A stretch of 64,000 nt of DNA. It comes from an uncultured Ruficoccus sp. (GTDB taxonomy: Bacteria > Verrucomicrobiota > Verrucomicrobiia > Opitutales > Cerasicoccaceae). The notes beneath the pieces were generated by a model, which ran no database searches, was not told the origin of the DNA, and saw only the letters and a program-made list of their open reading frames with translations. Shown here piece after piece: positions 22,974-32,533 of the stretch (its first letter is position 1; each line of letters starts with the position of its first letter). Location: contig OZ223481.1 in assembly GCA_965140785.1 (NCBI GenBank), forward strand, positions 192,001 to 256,000, read 5' to 3'. A program made the translations under genes and the position numbers.

Positions 22974-24476
22974 CTAGGATTTGAGCTGGGGGCGCTTCGG
23001 GTCGGGCCAGTCGATGTGGAAGAACTCGCCGCGCGGCTTGTCGGTGCGCTCGTAGGTATGCGCGCCGAAAAAGTCACGCTGGGCCTGGAGGAGGTTCTGC
23101 GGGAGGTTGGCCGTACGGTAGCCGTCGAAGTAGGAGAGCGCGCTGCCAAAGCACGGGACCGAGACCCCGTGGGTGACGGCGGTCGCGACGACCTTGCGCC
23201 AGTTGGACTCGAGCTTGACCACCGTTTCCTTGAAGTAGGGGTCGAGCAGGAGGTTGGCCAGGTCGGGCTTGGCGGAAAAGGCGTCGGTGATCTTTTGCAG
23301 GAAGCCGGCACGGATGATGCAGCCGCCGCGCCAGATCTGGGCGATTTCGCCATAGTTGAGCTTCCAACCGAACTCTTCGGCAGCGGAACGCATGAGCTGG
23401 AAGCCCTGTGCGTAGGAGCAAATCTTCGAGCAGTAGAGGGCGTCGTGGATGGCCTGGATGAGCGCGTCCTTGTCGCCGTCATACTTGGCGGAGGGAGCCG
23501 GGATCAGCTCGGAGGCGGCGACGCGCTCTTCCTTGATCGCGCTCAGGCAGCGGGCGAAGACGGCCTCGGCCACAGTCGGAGCGGGCACGCCCAGGTCCAG
23601 AGCGCTGATCGAGGTCCACTTACCGGTGCCCTTCTGTCCGGCGGTATCGAGGACGATGTCCACAAAGGCCTTGCCGGTTTCGGGGTCGTTCTGGGCGAGG
23701 ACTTCGCCGGTGATCTCGATCAGGAAAGAATCGAGGATGCCGGTATCCCACTTTTTAAAGATGTCGGCCATCTCGGCCGCGGAAAGGCCGAGCAGGTTGC
23801 GCATGAGGTCGTAGGCTTCGCAGATCATCTGCATGTCGCCGTACTCGATGCCGTTGTGGACCATCTTCACATAGTGGCCCGCGCCGTTCTCGCCGATGTA
23901 GGCGGTGCAGGGCACGCCGCCTTCGACGGGCTTGCCGGGGGCGGCGCCTTCGAGCGGCTTGCCGGTCTCGGCGTCCACCTTGGCGGAAACGGCTTCCCAG
24001 ATCGGCTTGAGGTGATCCCAGGCCTCGGGCGTGCCGCCGGGCATGAGCGACGGGCCGAAGCGCGCGCCTTCTTCACCGCCGGAAACGCCGGAGCCGATGA
24101 AGCGGAAGCCCTTGGCGGTCAAGTCCTTCTCACGACGGATGGTGTCGTGCCAGTAGGCGTTGCCGCCGTCGATGATGATGTCGCCCTCTTCCAGCAGCGG
24201 GACGAGCCCGTCGATAACGGCATCCGTGCCGCGACCGGCCTGGACGAGGATGATGATCTTGCGCGGGCGCTTGAGGCTGGCGACAAAGTCCTTCAGCTCG
24301 GCACAACCGACGAGGCCACCGGGCGTGTCCGGGTGTTTGGCCACAAACTCCTCCATCTTGGAGGTCGTCCGGTTATAGACGGAGATCTTGAAGCCGTGGT
24401 CGGCGATGTTAAGAGCGAGGTTCTGGCCCATGACGGCGAGGCCGACGAGACCGATATCGGAGACTGCTTCTGGCAT
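22974..24476 (-). CDS. gndA: NADP-dependent 6-phosphogluconate dehydrogenase (long form)
   Basis: [43 protein letters not shown]. Confidence 0.97.
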   Translation of the reverse strand: MPEAVSDIGLVGLAVMGQNLALNIADHGFKISVYNRTTSKMEEFVAKHPDTPGGLVGCAELKDFVASLKRPRKIIILVQAGRGTDAVIDGLVPLLEEGDIIIDGGNAYWHDTIRREKDLTAKGFRFIGSGVSGGEEGARFGPSLMPGGTPEAWDHLKPIWEAVSAKVDAETGKPLEGAAPGKPVEGGVPCTAYIGENGAGHYVKMVHNGIEYGDMQMICEAYDLMRNLLGLSAAEMADIFKKWDTGILDSFLIEITGEVLAQNDPETGKAFVDIVLDTAGQKGTGKWTSISALDLGVPAPTVAEAVFARCLSAIKEERVAASELIPAPSAKYDGDKDALIQAIHDALYCSKICSYAQGFQLMRSAAEEFGWKLNYGEIAQIWRGGCIIRAGFLQKITDAFSAKPDLANLLLDPYFKETVVKLESNWRKVVATAVTHGVSVPCFGSALSYFDGYRTANLPQNLLQAQRDFFGAHTYERTDKPRGEFFHIDWPDPKRPQLKS

Positions 24477-24621
24477 AACTTACACGTGTTGGATTTGGCT
24501 CAAATTGACGAAAGCTCGACCCTGGGTCAAGCCGCAATGGGAGTTTTCCCGCCAACGGCGAGGTGGCAACGAAAAACGAGGGCGACCATTCGTTAGCGTG
24601 ATGGGGCGGATGCCAGGCTCT

Positions 24622-24819
24622 TCATATTATTAGAAAAATGGCAATCAGCAGGCATAGGCCGTAAAACAACCGAGCTTTGAGCAAGCGCCTGTCATCGCTG
24701 GAAGAAAATAACTGTGTGATTCTGGCCCTTTGTTTTATGAAATGCTCGCTGTCTATGTATAAGGCAGCGTTTGCGTAAATCATCGCCAATAGACCTACTA
24801 TATAGATTATCTCATTCAT
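24622..24819 (-). CDS. Small AT-rich hypothetical membrane protein
   Basis: 65 aa with two hydrophobic segments, in a low-GC patch. Confidence 0.5.
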   Translation of the reverse strand: MNEIIYIVGLLAMIYANAALYIDSEHFIKQRARITQLFSSSDDRRLLKARLFYGLCLLIAIFLII

Positions 24820-24992
24820 GCAGCATGTCTAAGTAATTGCACACCAAAGTGATAATCGATTTCTATGGGCAAACTGACAGGAGTAAGCAATAGAGAGATT
24901 TTTTCATGGCGGCATGAACATCTGCCCATGTTAAGGATACCGCGTAAGACAATTCAAGTCCGTACCCACCGGGCCCCACGGCATAGCGATAC

Positions 24993-25022
24993 AAAAAACG
25001 CCCGGCCAGAACAGCCGGGCGT
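24993..25022 (-). terminator. Intrinsic terminator downstream of the short gnd
   Basis: Minus strand ACGCCCGGCTG-TT-CTGGCCGGGCGT-TTTTT. Confidence 0.8.
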
Positions 25023-25064
25023 GGATAAAGAGTGAAACGAAACGAAACGTGCGTTGTAGCCCTT

Positions 25065-26087
25065 TTACTTCATCGGCGTGACGCCGCCCTTCTCGAGGTG
25101 GCCGCCGAACTGGTAGCGCATGGCGGAGCAGACCTTGTCGGCGAAGGCGTGTTCCTCGCGCGAGCGGAAGCGTGAGTACAGGGCACTGGTGAGCACGGAG
25201 GCCGGGGTGGCCGACTCGATGGCGGCCTCGATCGTCCAACGGCCTTCGCCGGAGTCGGAGACGCGGCCCGAGAATTTGTCCAGCTTGGCGTCATCGACGA
25301 AGGAGGCGGCGGTCAGATCGAGCAGCCAGGAGGCGATGACGGAGCCGCGGCGCCAGACTTCGGAGACTTCGCCCAGGTTGATGTGGTAGTCGAGGTCACC
25401 GTGCATGGACGGCGCGGTCTCGGCATCCACTTCCTGGGAGCGGGTGTCGCAGTCGGCGTTCTTGAGAATATCCAGGCCCTCGGCGTAGGCGGCCATGATG
25501 CCGTATTCGATGCCGTTGTGGACCATCTTGACGAAGTGCCCGGCCCCGGCCTTGCCGCAGTGCAGGTAGCCCTTGTGGGCGGTGCCGCCGGCAGGGCGGT
25601 TGGGGGTCGGCTCGGCGTCGCCCTCACCGGGGGCGATGGTGGCAAAGATCGGGTCGAGGTGCTCGACGGGGCCGTCTTCGCCGCCGATCATGAGGCAGTA
25701 GCCGCGGTCCTTACCCCAGACGCCGCCGGAGGTGCCGCAGTCGATGTAGTGGATGCCCTTGGGCTCCAGCTCCTTCGCGCGGCGGCGGTCGTCGCGGAAG
25801 TAGGAGTTGCCGCCGTCGATGATGATATCGCCCTTGTCCATGAGGTCGGCCAGTTGCTTGACCACCTTGTCGGTGATGGCGGCCGGGATCATGACCCAGG
25901 CGGCCTTGGGCTTTTCCAGCTTGGAGACAAATTCTTCGAGGGTGCTGGCGCCGGTGGCGCCTTCGGCCACGAGTTCGGCGACCGAGTCGGGGTTAGTATC
26001 AAAAACGACGCACGTGTGCCCGGCTTTCATCAAACGGCGCACGATGTTGGCGCCCATACGGCCGAGGCCGACCATTCCCAATTGCAT
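25065..26087 (-). CDS. gnd: Short-form (YqeC-like) decarboxylating 6-phosphogluconate dehydrogenase
   Basis: [39 protein letters not shown]. Confidence 0.95.
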   Translation of the reverse strand: MQLGMVGLGRMGANIVRRLMKAGHTCVVFDTNPDSVAELVAEGATGASTLEEFVSKLEKPKAAWVMIPAAITDKVVKQLADLMDKGDIIIDGGNSYFRDDRRRAKELEPKGIHYIDCGTSGGVWGKDRGYCLMIGGEDGPVEHLDPIFATIAPGEGDAEPTPNRPAGGTAHKGYLHCGKAGAGHFVKMVHNGIEYGIMAAYAEGLDILKNADCDTRSQEVDAETAPSMHGDLDYHINLGEVSEVWRRGSVIASWLLDLTAASFVDDAKLDKFSGRVSDSGEGRWTIEAAIESATPASVLTSALYSRFRSREEHAFADKVCSAMRYQFGGHLEKGGVTPMK

Positions 26088-26197
26088 GACAGATCCTTGG
26101 TTAGATGTGAGTGAGAAGAGGAGAGGGGCCTAGACTTACCCACGAGCCGGGGAGCTGCCAATCCTTTTCCCGCGGGGACAGAACATTATATGCCCGC

Positions 26198-26974
26198 TCA
26201 AGGCCGGAACTGGGTCCCACCGCCGGACTTCGTCGGGGGGCGGGAGCGCCGAGCGAGCTGCTGGTCGATATATTCCAGCTCGCCCCGGGCCTGTCGGTCC
26301 TTGGGGTTCATTTTGAGGCATTGCTGATAAAGGGCCTTAGCCTTGTCGAAGTCGCCCAGCTCGACGTAAATGTATCCCTGCATGCGCAGGGACCGGCTTT
26401 TCTCATCAAGTTTCGATGTCTCGGGCGAGAACTCATCGGCCACCTTCTCGGCTTCCTCGTAGGTCTTGAGCCCCTCCTGCAGATGCCCCTGTTTGGTGTA
26501 GACGTAGCCAAGCTCATTCAGGAACATGGCATTCATGGGAGAGAGATCGAGGGCTTCGTTCAGGTACTGCTGTGCCTGGTCAAGATCTCCCCGCGAGACC
26601 TCAATGTAGGCGCAGTAGTACAGGGCGAGCGCAAACTGATAGTCCACCACAATGGCGCCCGCCTTATCAGTGGGCCGGATCGGATGGCCCGTGGCGATAG
26701 CGCCCAGATAGAGCAAGGTCTCCGTGCTGCCACGGGAGCAGTAAAATTGCCGTCCGTCCGCCTTTTCCAGCTCGTGCAGTTGCTTGATCGCCGGCAGGAG
26801 AATGTCCTTCATCGCATGGTTAGCCTCACCCTCGGAGATGAGTGTCGCCGCTTCTAGCACCGGATACTTACAAGTAAAATCCAACTCGGGCTTGGAGGGG
26901 CTTTCCTCTGCCAGTGTCGGCAGAGCCAGGCATAGACCGAGGAGGAAAAGAATAAAACAAGGGCTAACTTTCAT
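26198..26974 (-). CDS. Secreted tetratricopeptide-repeat protein
   Basis: Signal peptide; TPR units (A..YLNEALDLSPMNA, LNELGYVY, YQQCLKMNPKD). Confidence 0.85.
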   Translation of the reverse strand: MKVSPCFILFLLGLCLALPTLAEESPSKPELDFTCKYPVLEAATLISEGEANHAMKDILLPAIKQLHELEKADGRQFYCSRGSTETLLYLGAIATGHPIRPTDKAGAIVVDYQFALALYYCAYIEVSRGDLDQAQQYLNEALDLSPMNAMFLNELGYVYTKQGHLQEGLKTYEEAEKVADEFSPETSKLDEKSRSLRMQGYIYVELGDFDKAKALYQQCLKMNPKDRQARGELEYIDQQLARRSRPPTKSGGGTQFRP

Positions 26975-27125
26975 GGTTGGGAGTATGAGCAATGAGCCTA
27001 TTGGCCATGGTCAACCGAGACAATCCTGGACTCTCTGATGAGACATGAAACCCGCCTGGGCCGATTGGATTAAGCGCGCAGCAAATTGGCTTGTCGCATC
27101 TGGCCGAAGGTCTCATAACCCTTCT

Positions 27126-27785
27126 ATGCTCAGATTTGCCGAAGAAATTGTGCTGTTGGCCCTGAATGACGAAACCGGCAAGATCAGTCGGAATGTGCCC
27201 GAGCAATCGCTCGAATGCGCCATCGCCGGGGCGTTCCTGATGGAGCTGGACTTCATGAACCGGATCGATGCCGGAGTCGAGACCGTCACGCTGGTCAACG
27301 CTGAGCCGACCGGCGATCCCCTGTTGGACGAAACCATCGCCCTGCTGGGCAAGGTGGATCACTCCACCGTCATCGTGCAGGCCCTGGCCAAGCTCATGCT
27401 CAAGGCAGGAGAGTTCGAGAGCCGCCTCCTGGCTTCGCTCGTCCATAAGGGCATCCTCAAGGAGCAGGACAAGTCCTTCCTCTGGATGAAGGGCGAGCGC
27501 ACCTATCCGACGATCGACGGGCGCGAGGAGTCCGAGGTGCGCACCCGCATCCGCATGATCATTCTCACCGACACGCTGCCGGACCCGCGCGATGTCGCCA
27601 TCATTTCCCTGATGGAAGCCTGCAAGCTGTACCGCACCGTCTTTCTCAACGAGGAGCTTTCAGAGTGCCGCAAGCGTATCGCCCAGGTGGCGAAAATGGA
27701 CTTCATCGGCCAGGGCATCGCCCGCCTGCTCAAGCTGACCGAGACCCGCCCGATCGAGGCCATCGCCGGGCTTCCGAGCAAGTAA
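27126..27785 (+). CDS. GPP34/GOLPH3-family protein
   Basis: LRFAEEIVLLALNDETG, AGAFLMEL..RI, PTGDPLLDE, LVHKGIL, PDPRD.A.ISL. Confidence 0.8.
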   Translation: MLRFAEEIVLLALNDETGKISRNVPEQSLECAIAGAFLMELDFMNRIDAGVETVTLVNAEPTGDPLLDETIALLGKVDHSTVIVQALAKLMLKAGEFESRLLASLVHKGILKEQDKSFLWMKGERTYPTIDGREESEVRTRIRMIILTDTLPDPRDVAIISLMEACKLYRTVFLNEELSECRKRIAQVAKMDFIGQGIARLLKLTETRPIEAIAGLPSK

Positions 27786-27794
27786 TCGGGACGC

Positions 27795-28091
27795 TCAATC
27801 GCCCGATTCGTCCGTGGCAGGCCGCTCCGCCGCCGGCACGGCGACCACGTCCACCTGGGAAAAATCCGGCGGCTCGCGCAGGTGATCAAAGGCTTGCCCG
27901 GCCTCCTCGCGGCTCATCCCGGCGAAGGTCGTGCTCTCGGACCTTTTGATCGTCTCAGGCGGAGCCGGGGAGACTGCTTTGGGCTCTTTCGGAGCGCAGC
28001 CAGCGAGCGCAAGGACGGCTAAAGCCGCCGCGCAGACCGCCAAGCACCTGCTTCGATCCGGCCACTGGCTTTTTCCCGGGGTTTTATTCAT
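27795..28091 (-). CDS. Small putative lipoprotein
   Basis: Lipobox LAGC after a hydrophobic stretch; overlaps the cupin stop. Confidence 0.55.
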   Translation of the reverse strand: MNKTPGKSQWPDRSRCLAVCAAALAVLALAGCAPKEPKAVSPAPPETIKRSESTTFAGMSREEAGQAFDHLREPPDFSQVDVVAVPAAERPATDESGD

Positions 28092-28452
28092 CGAGAAAGA
28101 CCATGTCGGACAATTCCCAGGCCGGGGCACAGGCCAGCAGCAGGACGAGGGGTTCGTCGCCCAGCGCCCAGATCTGGTGATGCTGGCCGGGACGAATCAA
28201 CACGGCATCCTCCGACTTCAGCAGGCAAGTTTCCCCGTCGATTTCCAACCGGGCTTCACCCTGCAGGATATAGTAGCTCTCTTCAGCGATGGGGTGGTAA
28301 TGGGGGCGCGAGTTCGATCCGGCGGGGAACTCAATCCGCACCAGGCTGTGAATGTTTGTGCCTGAGGCCTTCCGGCCAATCAACTCGTAGATAACCTGCC
28401 CGTTCTCGACCATGATCGGTTCACAGATGCGTTTTCTGGATATCCGGTGCAT
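28084..28452 (-). CDS. Cupin-domain protein
   Basis: PHYHPIAEESYYILQGEA...IRPGQHHQI. Confidence 0.88.
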   Translation of the reverse strand: MHRISRKRICEPIMVENGQVIYELIGRKASGTNIHSLVRIEFPAGSNSRPHYHPIAEESYYILQGEARLEIDGETCLLKSEDAVLIRPGQHHQIWALGDEPLVLLLACAPAWELSDMVFLDE

Positions 28453-28547
28453 ATCACAGGCACTTATTCCATACGCAGCTAAAAGGCAACTCGAAATCGG
28501 GTCAGCTGCTTTGAGTCGTTGCGTTAACAGGCCCTACTAACGATAGA

Positions 28548-29441
28548 TCAATAAGCCATCGTCATGCCGAGATAATTGAGCAGCCAAACCTCTTTCCAGA
28601 GGCGATAGCGGCCCTCCTTGGTCAGGTGGCCGTACTCATCCTGCAAATCGGTCGGCATGAGGAATCCCAGCTTGCGGTTGAGGCTTTCGAGGTGCCGTTG
28701 CTCGCGGTTGAGTTCGTTGACCGGCTCTTCGTCCGCGTCCCAGGATTGGACTTTGACCCCGGCCAGGCCCAACTCATGCAGGCGACGCCGGTGGAAGCGG
28801 ATCAGTTGCGGCAGACAACGGATAAGTGGCTTGCGGCGAATGTCCCAGTTATCGGGGTAGTAGCCGCCGAAGGGTAGAAAAACATTGTCCGTCACGATGC
28901 GACGACCGTCGCTCGTATGGGTCGAAAGGATGTAGGCGACGTTGACCGCGCCCGCACGCTGCGGAAAAAACAGAATCTGGCAGCGGATTTCGCCGTTGCC
29001 CTCTTGGTAAATGGTCGAGCGAATCGAGAGGCTATAGTCGAATTCTGCCTTGATCGCCTGGAGCTTTTTAAAGCCCTGGCTGCGGAGCCAGTCGCGCATG
29101 GCGATGAACTTGCGCTGGGCGGGCCACTCGTCGCCGTCACGGTTAGGGCCGAACTTGGGAAAAAGCGGGATCGGGCTCTTGCTGATGGCGGCGATAACCA
29201 GCCAGTTGTACATCGTTTCCAGCAGAAACCATGCGATGAATGCCACCAGCGCGATCATCCAGAAAGGCCGTTGGCTCCAGCCGAACTCATGGGAAAACAC
29301 CGCCAGCCCGACGGCAAAGAGCACCCAGCGTAGCCAGCGGTTGAAAATCCCGATCATCGGGACGCGCCAACTCAGGTTGCCGAAGCTGATCAACAGAGAC
29401 ACCAGCAACAGCCCGGTCACAATCTGAACGGCAAGGGACAT
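28548..29441 (-). CDS. Hypothetical membrane protein (3 N-terminal TM segments plus soluble domain)
   Basis: 297-aa ORF directly downstream of dnaN on the same strand. Confidence 0.8.
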   Translation of the reverse strand: MSLAVQIVTGLLLVSLLISFGNLSWRVPMIGIFNRWLRWVLFAVGLAVFSHEFGWSQRPFWMIALVAFIAWFLLETMYNWLVIAAISKSPIPLFPKFGPNRDGDEWPAQRKFIAMRDWLRSQGFKKLQAIKAEFDYSLSIRSTIYQEGNGEIRCQILFFPQRAGAVNVAYILSTHTSDGRRIVTDNVFLPFGGYYPDNWDIRRKPLIRCLPQLIRFHRRRLHELGLAGVKVQSWDADEEPVNELNREQRHLESLNRKLGFLMPTDLQDEYGHLTKEGRYRLWKEVWLLNYLGMTMAY

Positions 29442-29499
29442 GATACTATGAGTCAGGAGCGCCCGGAGGTTTGTTCCACCGGCGGCTGGCCGCGAGGAA

Positions 29500-30636
29500 T
29501 CAACTCAGCCGCAGGGGCATGATCACGCAGAGGAAATCGTCCAGCGTCTTGAAGACACCGGGGCTGAGCTCGTCCTTGAACTCAAAATAGATCTCGTCGG
29601 CATTCAAAGCCTTGAGCGGATCGAGCAGAAAGTGCGGATTGAAAGCGACTTGCACTTCCTTTTCCTCGTAGGCGATGGCCATGCGCTCGCGCGATTCGCC
29701 GACCTCGGGGGAGGAGCCGCTGATTTCGAGCAGATTGTTGCCCAGCTTCAGCTTGACCGAGTTGTTCTTGTCGCTGGTGACGAGCGCGGCGCGCTGCACA
29801 CACTCGGCCATCAGCTCGCGCTCGATCTTAATGCGGCTTTCGGTCTCCTTCGGGATGACCTGACGATAGTTCGGGTAATTGCCCTCGACGATCTTGGAAA
29901 CGAGGTAGATCGAGTCCACCAATCCAGAGTCCTCGGAGTCGGTGGCGATGCGGATCTCGAAGGCGACCTGCCGGTCGGTAAAGGTGATCTTCAGCTCCTG
30001 CCCCTGGCCGAGCAGGCGCTCCAGCTCGGTCACGGTCTTGGCCGGGAGGATGAAGTTGCCGGCGTTTTCCTGGGTCACTTCCAGCTCCTTGCCGGTGAGG
30101 GCCAGGCGACGGCCGTCGGTGGCCACCAGGGTCAGCTTTTCGTCCCCGAAGACGAAGTACACACCGTTGAGGATGTAGCGGTTTTCGTCCGAGCTCATGG
30201 CGTACGAGACGCTCTTGAGCATGGAGAGAATGTCCGGCTGCTGGAGGTTAAAAACGTGCTGGTCGGCGAAAGAGGGCAGGGGCGGGAACTCCTCCTGGGC
30301 GATGCCCATGATGCGGAATTCCGAGCCGCCGGAGGAGCAGGTGATCTTGGCCTGGTTGCCGGAGGAGGCGTCAAGCTCCACCCCGGTGTCGGGCAGGGCC
30401 CGCACGATGGTGGCGAGCTTGCGCACGGGCAGTGTGATGCCGCCGGGCTGCTCGATCTCGGCCTTGATCTTGCATCGGATGCCCAGATCGAGGTTCGTGG
30501 TGGTGAGCGAGAGCGTGTCGCCCTCGGCCTGGATGAGCACATTGCTCAGAATCGGCATCGTCGCACGGGTGCCAACTACGTTGAGCACCTGCTGCAATCC
30601 GTTCACGAAGTGGTCCCGGTGAATCTTAAACTTCAT
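29500..30636 (-). CDS. dnaN: DNA polymerase III beta sliding clamp
   Basis: [31 protein letters not shown]-terminal VIMPLRL. Confidence 0.98.
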   Translation of the reverse strand: MKFKIHRDHFVNGLQQVLNVVGTRATMPILSNVLIQAEGDTLSLTTTNLDLGIRCKIKAEIEQPGGITLPVRKLATIVRALPDTGVELDASSGNQAKITCSSGGSEFRIMGIAQEEFPPLPSFADQHVFNLQQPDILSMLKSVSYAMSSDENRYILNGVYFVFGDEKLTLVATDGRRLALTGKELEVTQENAGNFILPAKTVTELERLLGQGQELKITFTDRQVAFEIRIATDSEDSGLVDSIYLVSKIVEGNYPNYRQVIPKETESRIKIERELMAECVQRAALVTSDKNNSVKLKLGNNLLEISGSSPEVGESRERMAIAYEEKEVQVAFNPHFLLDPLKALNADEIYFEFKDELSPGVFKTLDDFLCVIMPLRLS

Positions 30637-30669
30637 GTGACAGCGAGAGTGTGGAGTTTTGGTTTTGCT

Positions 30670-30915
30670 GACAACCCTTGAATATTAATGTATTAGATAT
30701 TTAAAAAGGGTATTACTCTTAATAAGGGCTGTCGGTGAGTGGAATAACAGGGTAAAGCCCATGCTATCCAGTCGCTTACCGAATAATTTGGCGGTGGATA
30801 ACTCCGGGCGCAAGCCTCAATAACCCGGAATAAGTCACCCCGTTTATTTACCGACACAGTTATTCCCAGCTTACTGGGGGGCTTTTCGGGGGTTTGTTCG
30901 TGGACCGTTTTCCAG
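30670..30915. other. Putative replication origin (oriC)
   Basis: AT-rich tract 30681-30707, NAN trios 30710-30724, GCCC, tandem DnaA-box-like 9-mers 30730-30747, further boxes at 30793 (TTATCCACC, minus strand) and 30860 (TTATTCCCA). Confidence 0.7.
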
Positions 30916-31004
30916 TCGGCAGGAGCACTTATAGCAGCCCGGTTTGGCTCGCCATCGGCTTATCTCTCCGCATGATATGAAACCCCCATCTACTGTTTGA
31001 TGCC

Positions 31005-32492
31005 ATGATAAAATCTCCCCCTCGCAAATGGTGGGTCTGGCTCTTGCTTGTCCTGGCCGGATTCTTTCTCCTCAGCCTTGTCCTCGTCGGCTGGCAACAG
31101 ATCCGTATCGCCCGCGCCCAGGAGCGTGTCGAAGCCGCCCGGGAAGCCCTCCGAGCCGCCGGCGCCCCCATGACTTTCAAGGAGCTGGCCGTCGGCCCAC
31201 CTCTTGCCGACGAAGACAACGCTGCATTAGTGCTGGCCGAGATCGAAGCCAAACTGGACGGTACGCCGCTTGATGAGGCTATCGATGCGGTGCAAGAGTG
31301 GGGTTATAATGACTACGAGCATCCCGGCTGGGATGCCAGCTGGGACAAACTCTCGCGTGATGGCCGCCAGCAATTGACCGACCTGCTGGCCCGCGAAGAT
31401 ACGCAGGAGGTACTGAAATTGGCGCGAAAGACGGCGGATATGCCTGGATTGGCGAGCCGGATTGAGTTTACGGGTAGTTCCGCCGATTTTTTACAAAATG
31501 TCGGTTATTTGCAGCGGCTTACCCGTTTGCTGGTTGTGGAAGCAAACCGATGCGCTTGGCTGGCAGCCCAGGCTAGCGATGAAGCCAGTCGGGACCGCTT
31601 GGTTTTTGATGGCTATGATAATCTGTTGATTGGCCTAAAATTGTCCCGCCTCGTCAGTGACGATCAGACTTTCGTCAATGCGATTATAGTCCTCACAGGT
31701 ATCGCCATGGAGGGAATCGTGCTCGAGCATTTACAGCAGATCAATCAAACACTGCCTTTGCCGAGCACATTGTGCGAAGCCTTTCAGCGGGAATTATGGC
31801 TACGAGATATGTCCGGACAGTGGCGGCGGATGATGGATGGGGAACGGGTTTTTACGAGCTATTGGGTAGAGAAATACGATATGTTGTCTGCACAGAGTAT
31901 TGGTGGATTAGACTTTGCGGTAAATGTTGAAGTTTTTGGTCCGGACACCGACGATTATAACACTATTCTTTTTAGGGCTGCATACTACATAGGGCTTCCA
32001 GATATTATCAGTGGATTTGCCTTGTATCTGGATTATTCCAAAACTGATAGGAAGATCGATTTTCTCGATGAAGAAGCGTGGAGTGCTTACGACAAGCGGG
32101 TTGCCGAACTTGATCTTCCAAAAGTGCAAATTGCTTTATTGGAGCTTCTTCAAACAAGTAGGCTTATCCATCCACGGCTACTCCAGTCCTATGCCCTCCG
32201 CCAGATCGTCGCCACCGGTTTGGCGGTGAATGCCTACGCGGATGATCACGGTGGCCAACTGCCTAAATCACTGGATGTGCTGGTGCCGGACTACCTGCCA
32301 GCAGTGCCGGTCGATCCGTTCGCGGAAGAGGGCGCGGGCTTCCACTATGTACCCGAGGGCAGCCAGTTCCGGCTCTGGGCAGTGGGCATGAACCGCGAGG
32401 ACGACGGCGGGCTCTACGACGCGGAGGATTGGAATCAGGAGGAATCCGACGTTGTCTTTCGTGGTCGGCGGGCAGTTTTTAATGATTCGTAG
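31005..32492 (+). CDS. Membrane-anchored hypothetical protein with a pseudopilin(GspG)-like C-terminal signature
   Basis: N-terminal TM; C-terminal LPKSLDVLVPDYLPAVPVDPF...FRLWAVGMNREDDGG. Confidence 0.8.
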   Translation: MIKSPPRKWWVWLLLVLAGFFLLSLVLVGWQQIRIARAQERVEAAREALRAAGAPMTFKELAVGPPLADEDNAALVLAEIEAKLDGTPLDEAIDAVQEWGYNDYEHPGWDASWDKLSRDGRQQLTDLLAREDTQEVLKLARKTADMPGLASRIEFTGSSADFLQNVGYLQRLTRLLVVEANRCAWLAAQASDEASRDRLVFDGYDNLLIGLKLSRLVSDDQTFVNAIIVLTGIAMEGIVLEHLQQINQTLPLPSTLCEAFQRELWLRDMSGQWRRMMDGERVFTSYWVEKYDMLSAQSIGGLDFAVNVEVFGPDTDDYNTILFRAAYYIGLPDIISGFALYLDYSKTDRKIDFLDEEAWSAYDKRVAELDLPKVQIALLELLQTSRLIHPRLLQSYALRQIVATGLAVNAYADDHGGQLPKSLDVLVPDYLPAVPVDPFAEEGAGFHYVPEGSQFRLWAVGMNREDDGGLYDAEDWNQEESDVVFRGRRAVFNDS

Positions 32493-32533
32493 AGATTTAG
32501 GAATTTATAGATTTACGAATCTCATCCATTTTG

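Noticed and set aside
24972..24990. GGCCCCACGGCATAGCGAT as a seventh family-1 repeat
   Set aside because: Too degenerate and lacks the AGGGG arm.
25034..25049. (GAAAC)3 short tandem repeat
   Set aside because: Too short, single occurrence, and no spacers.
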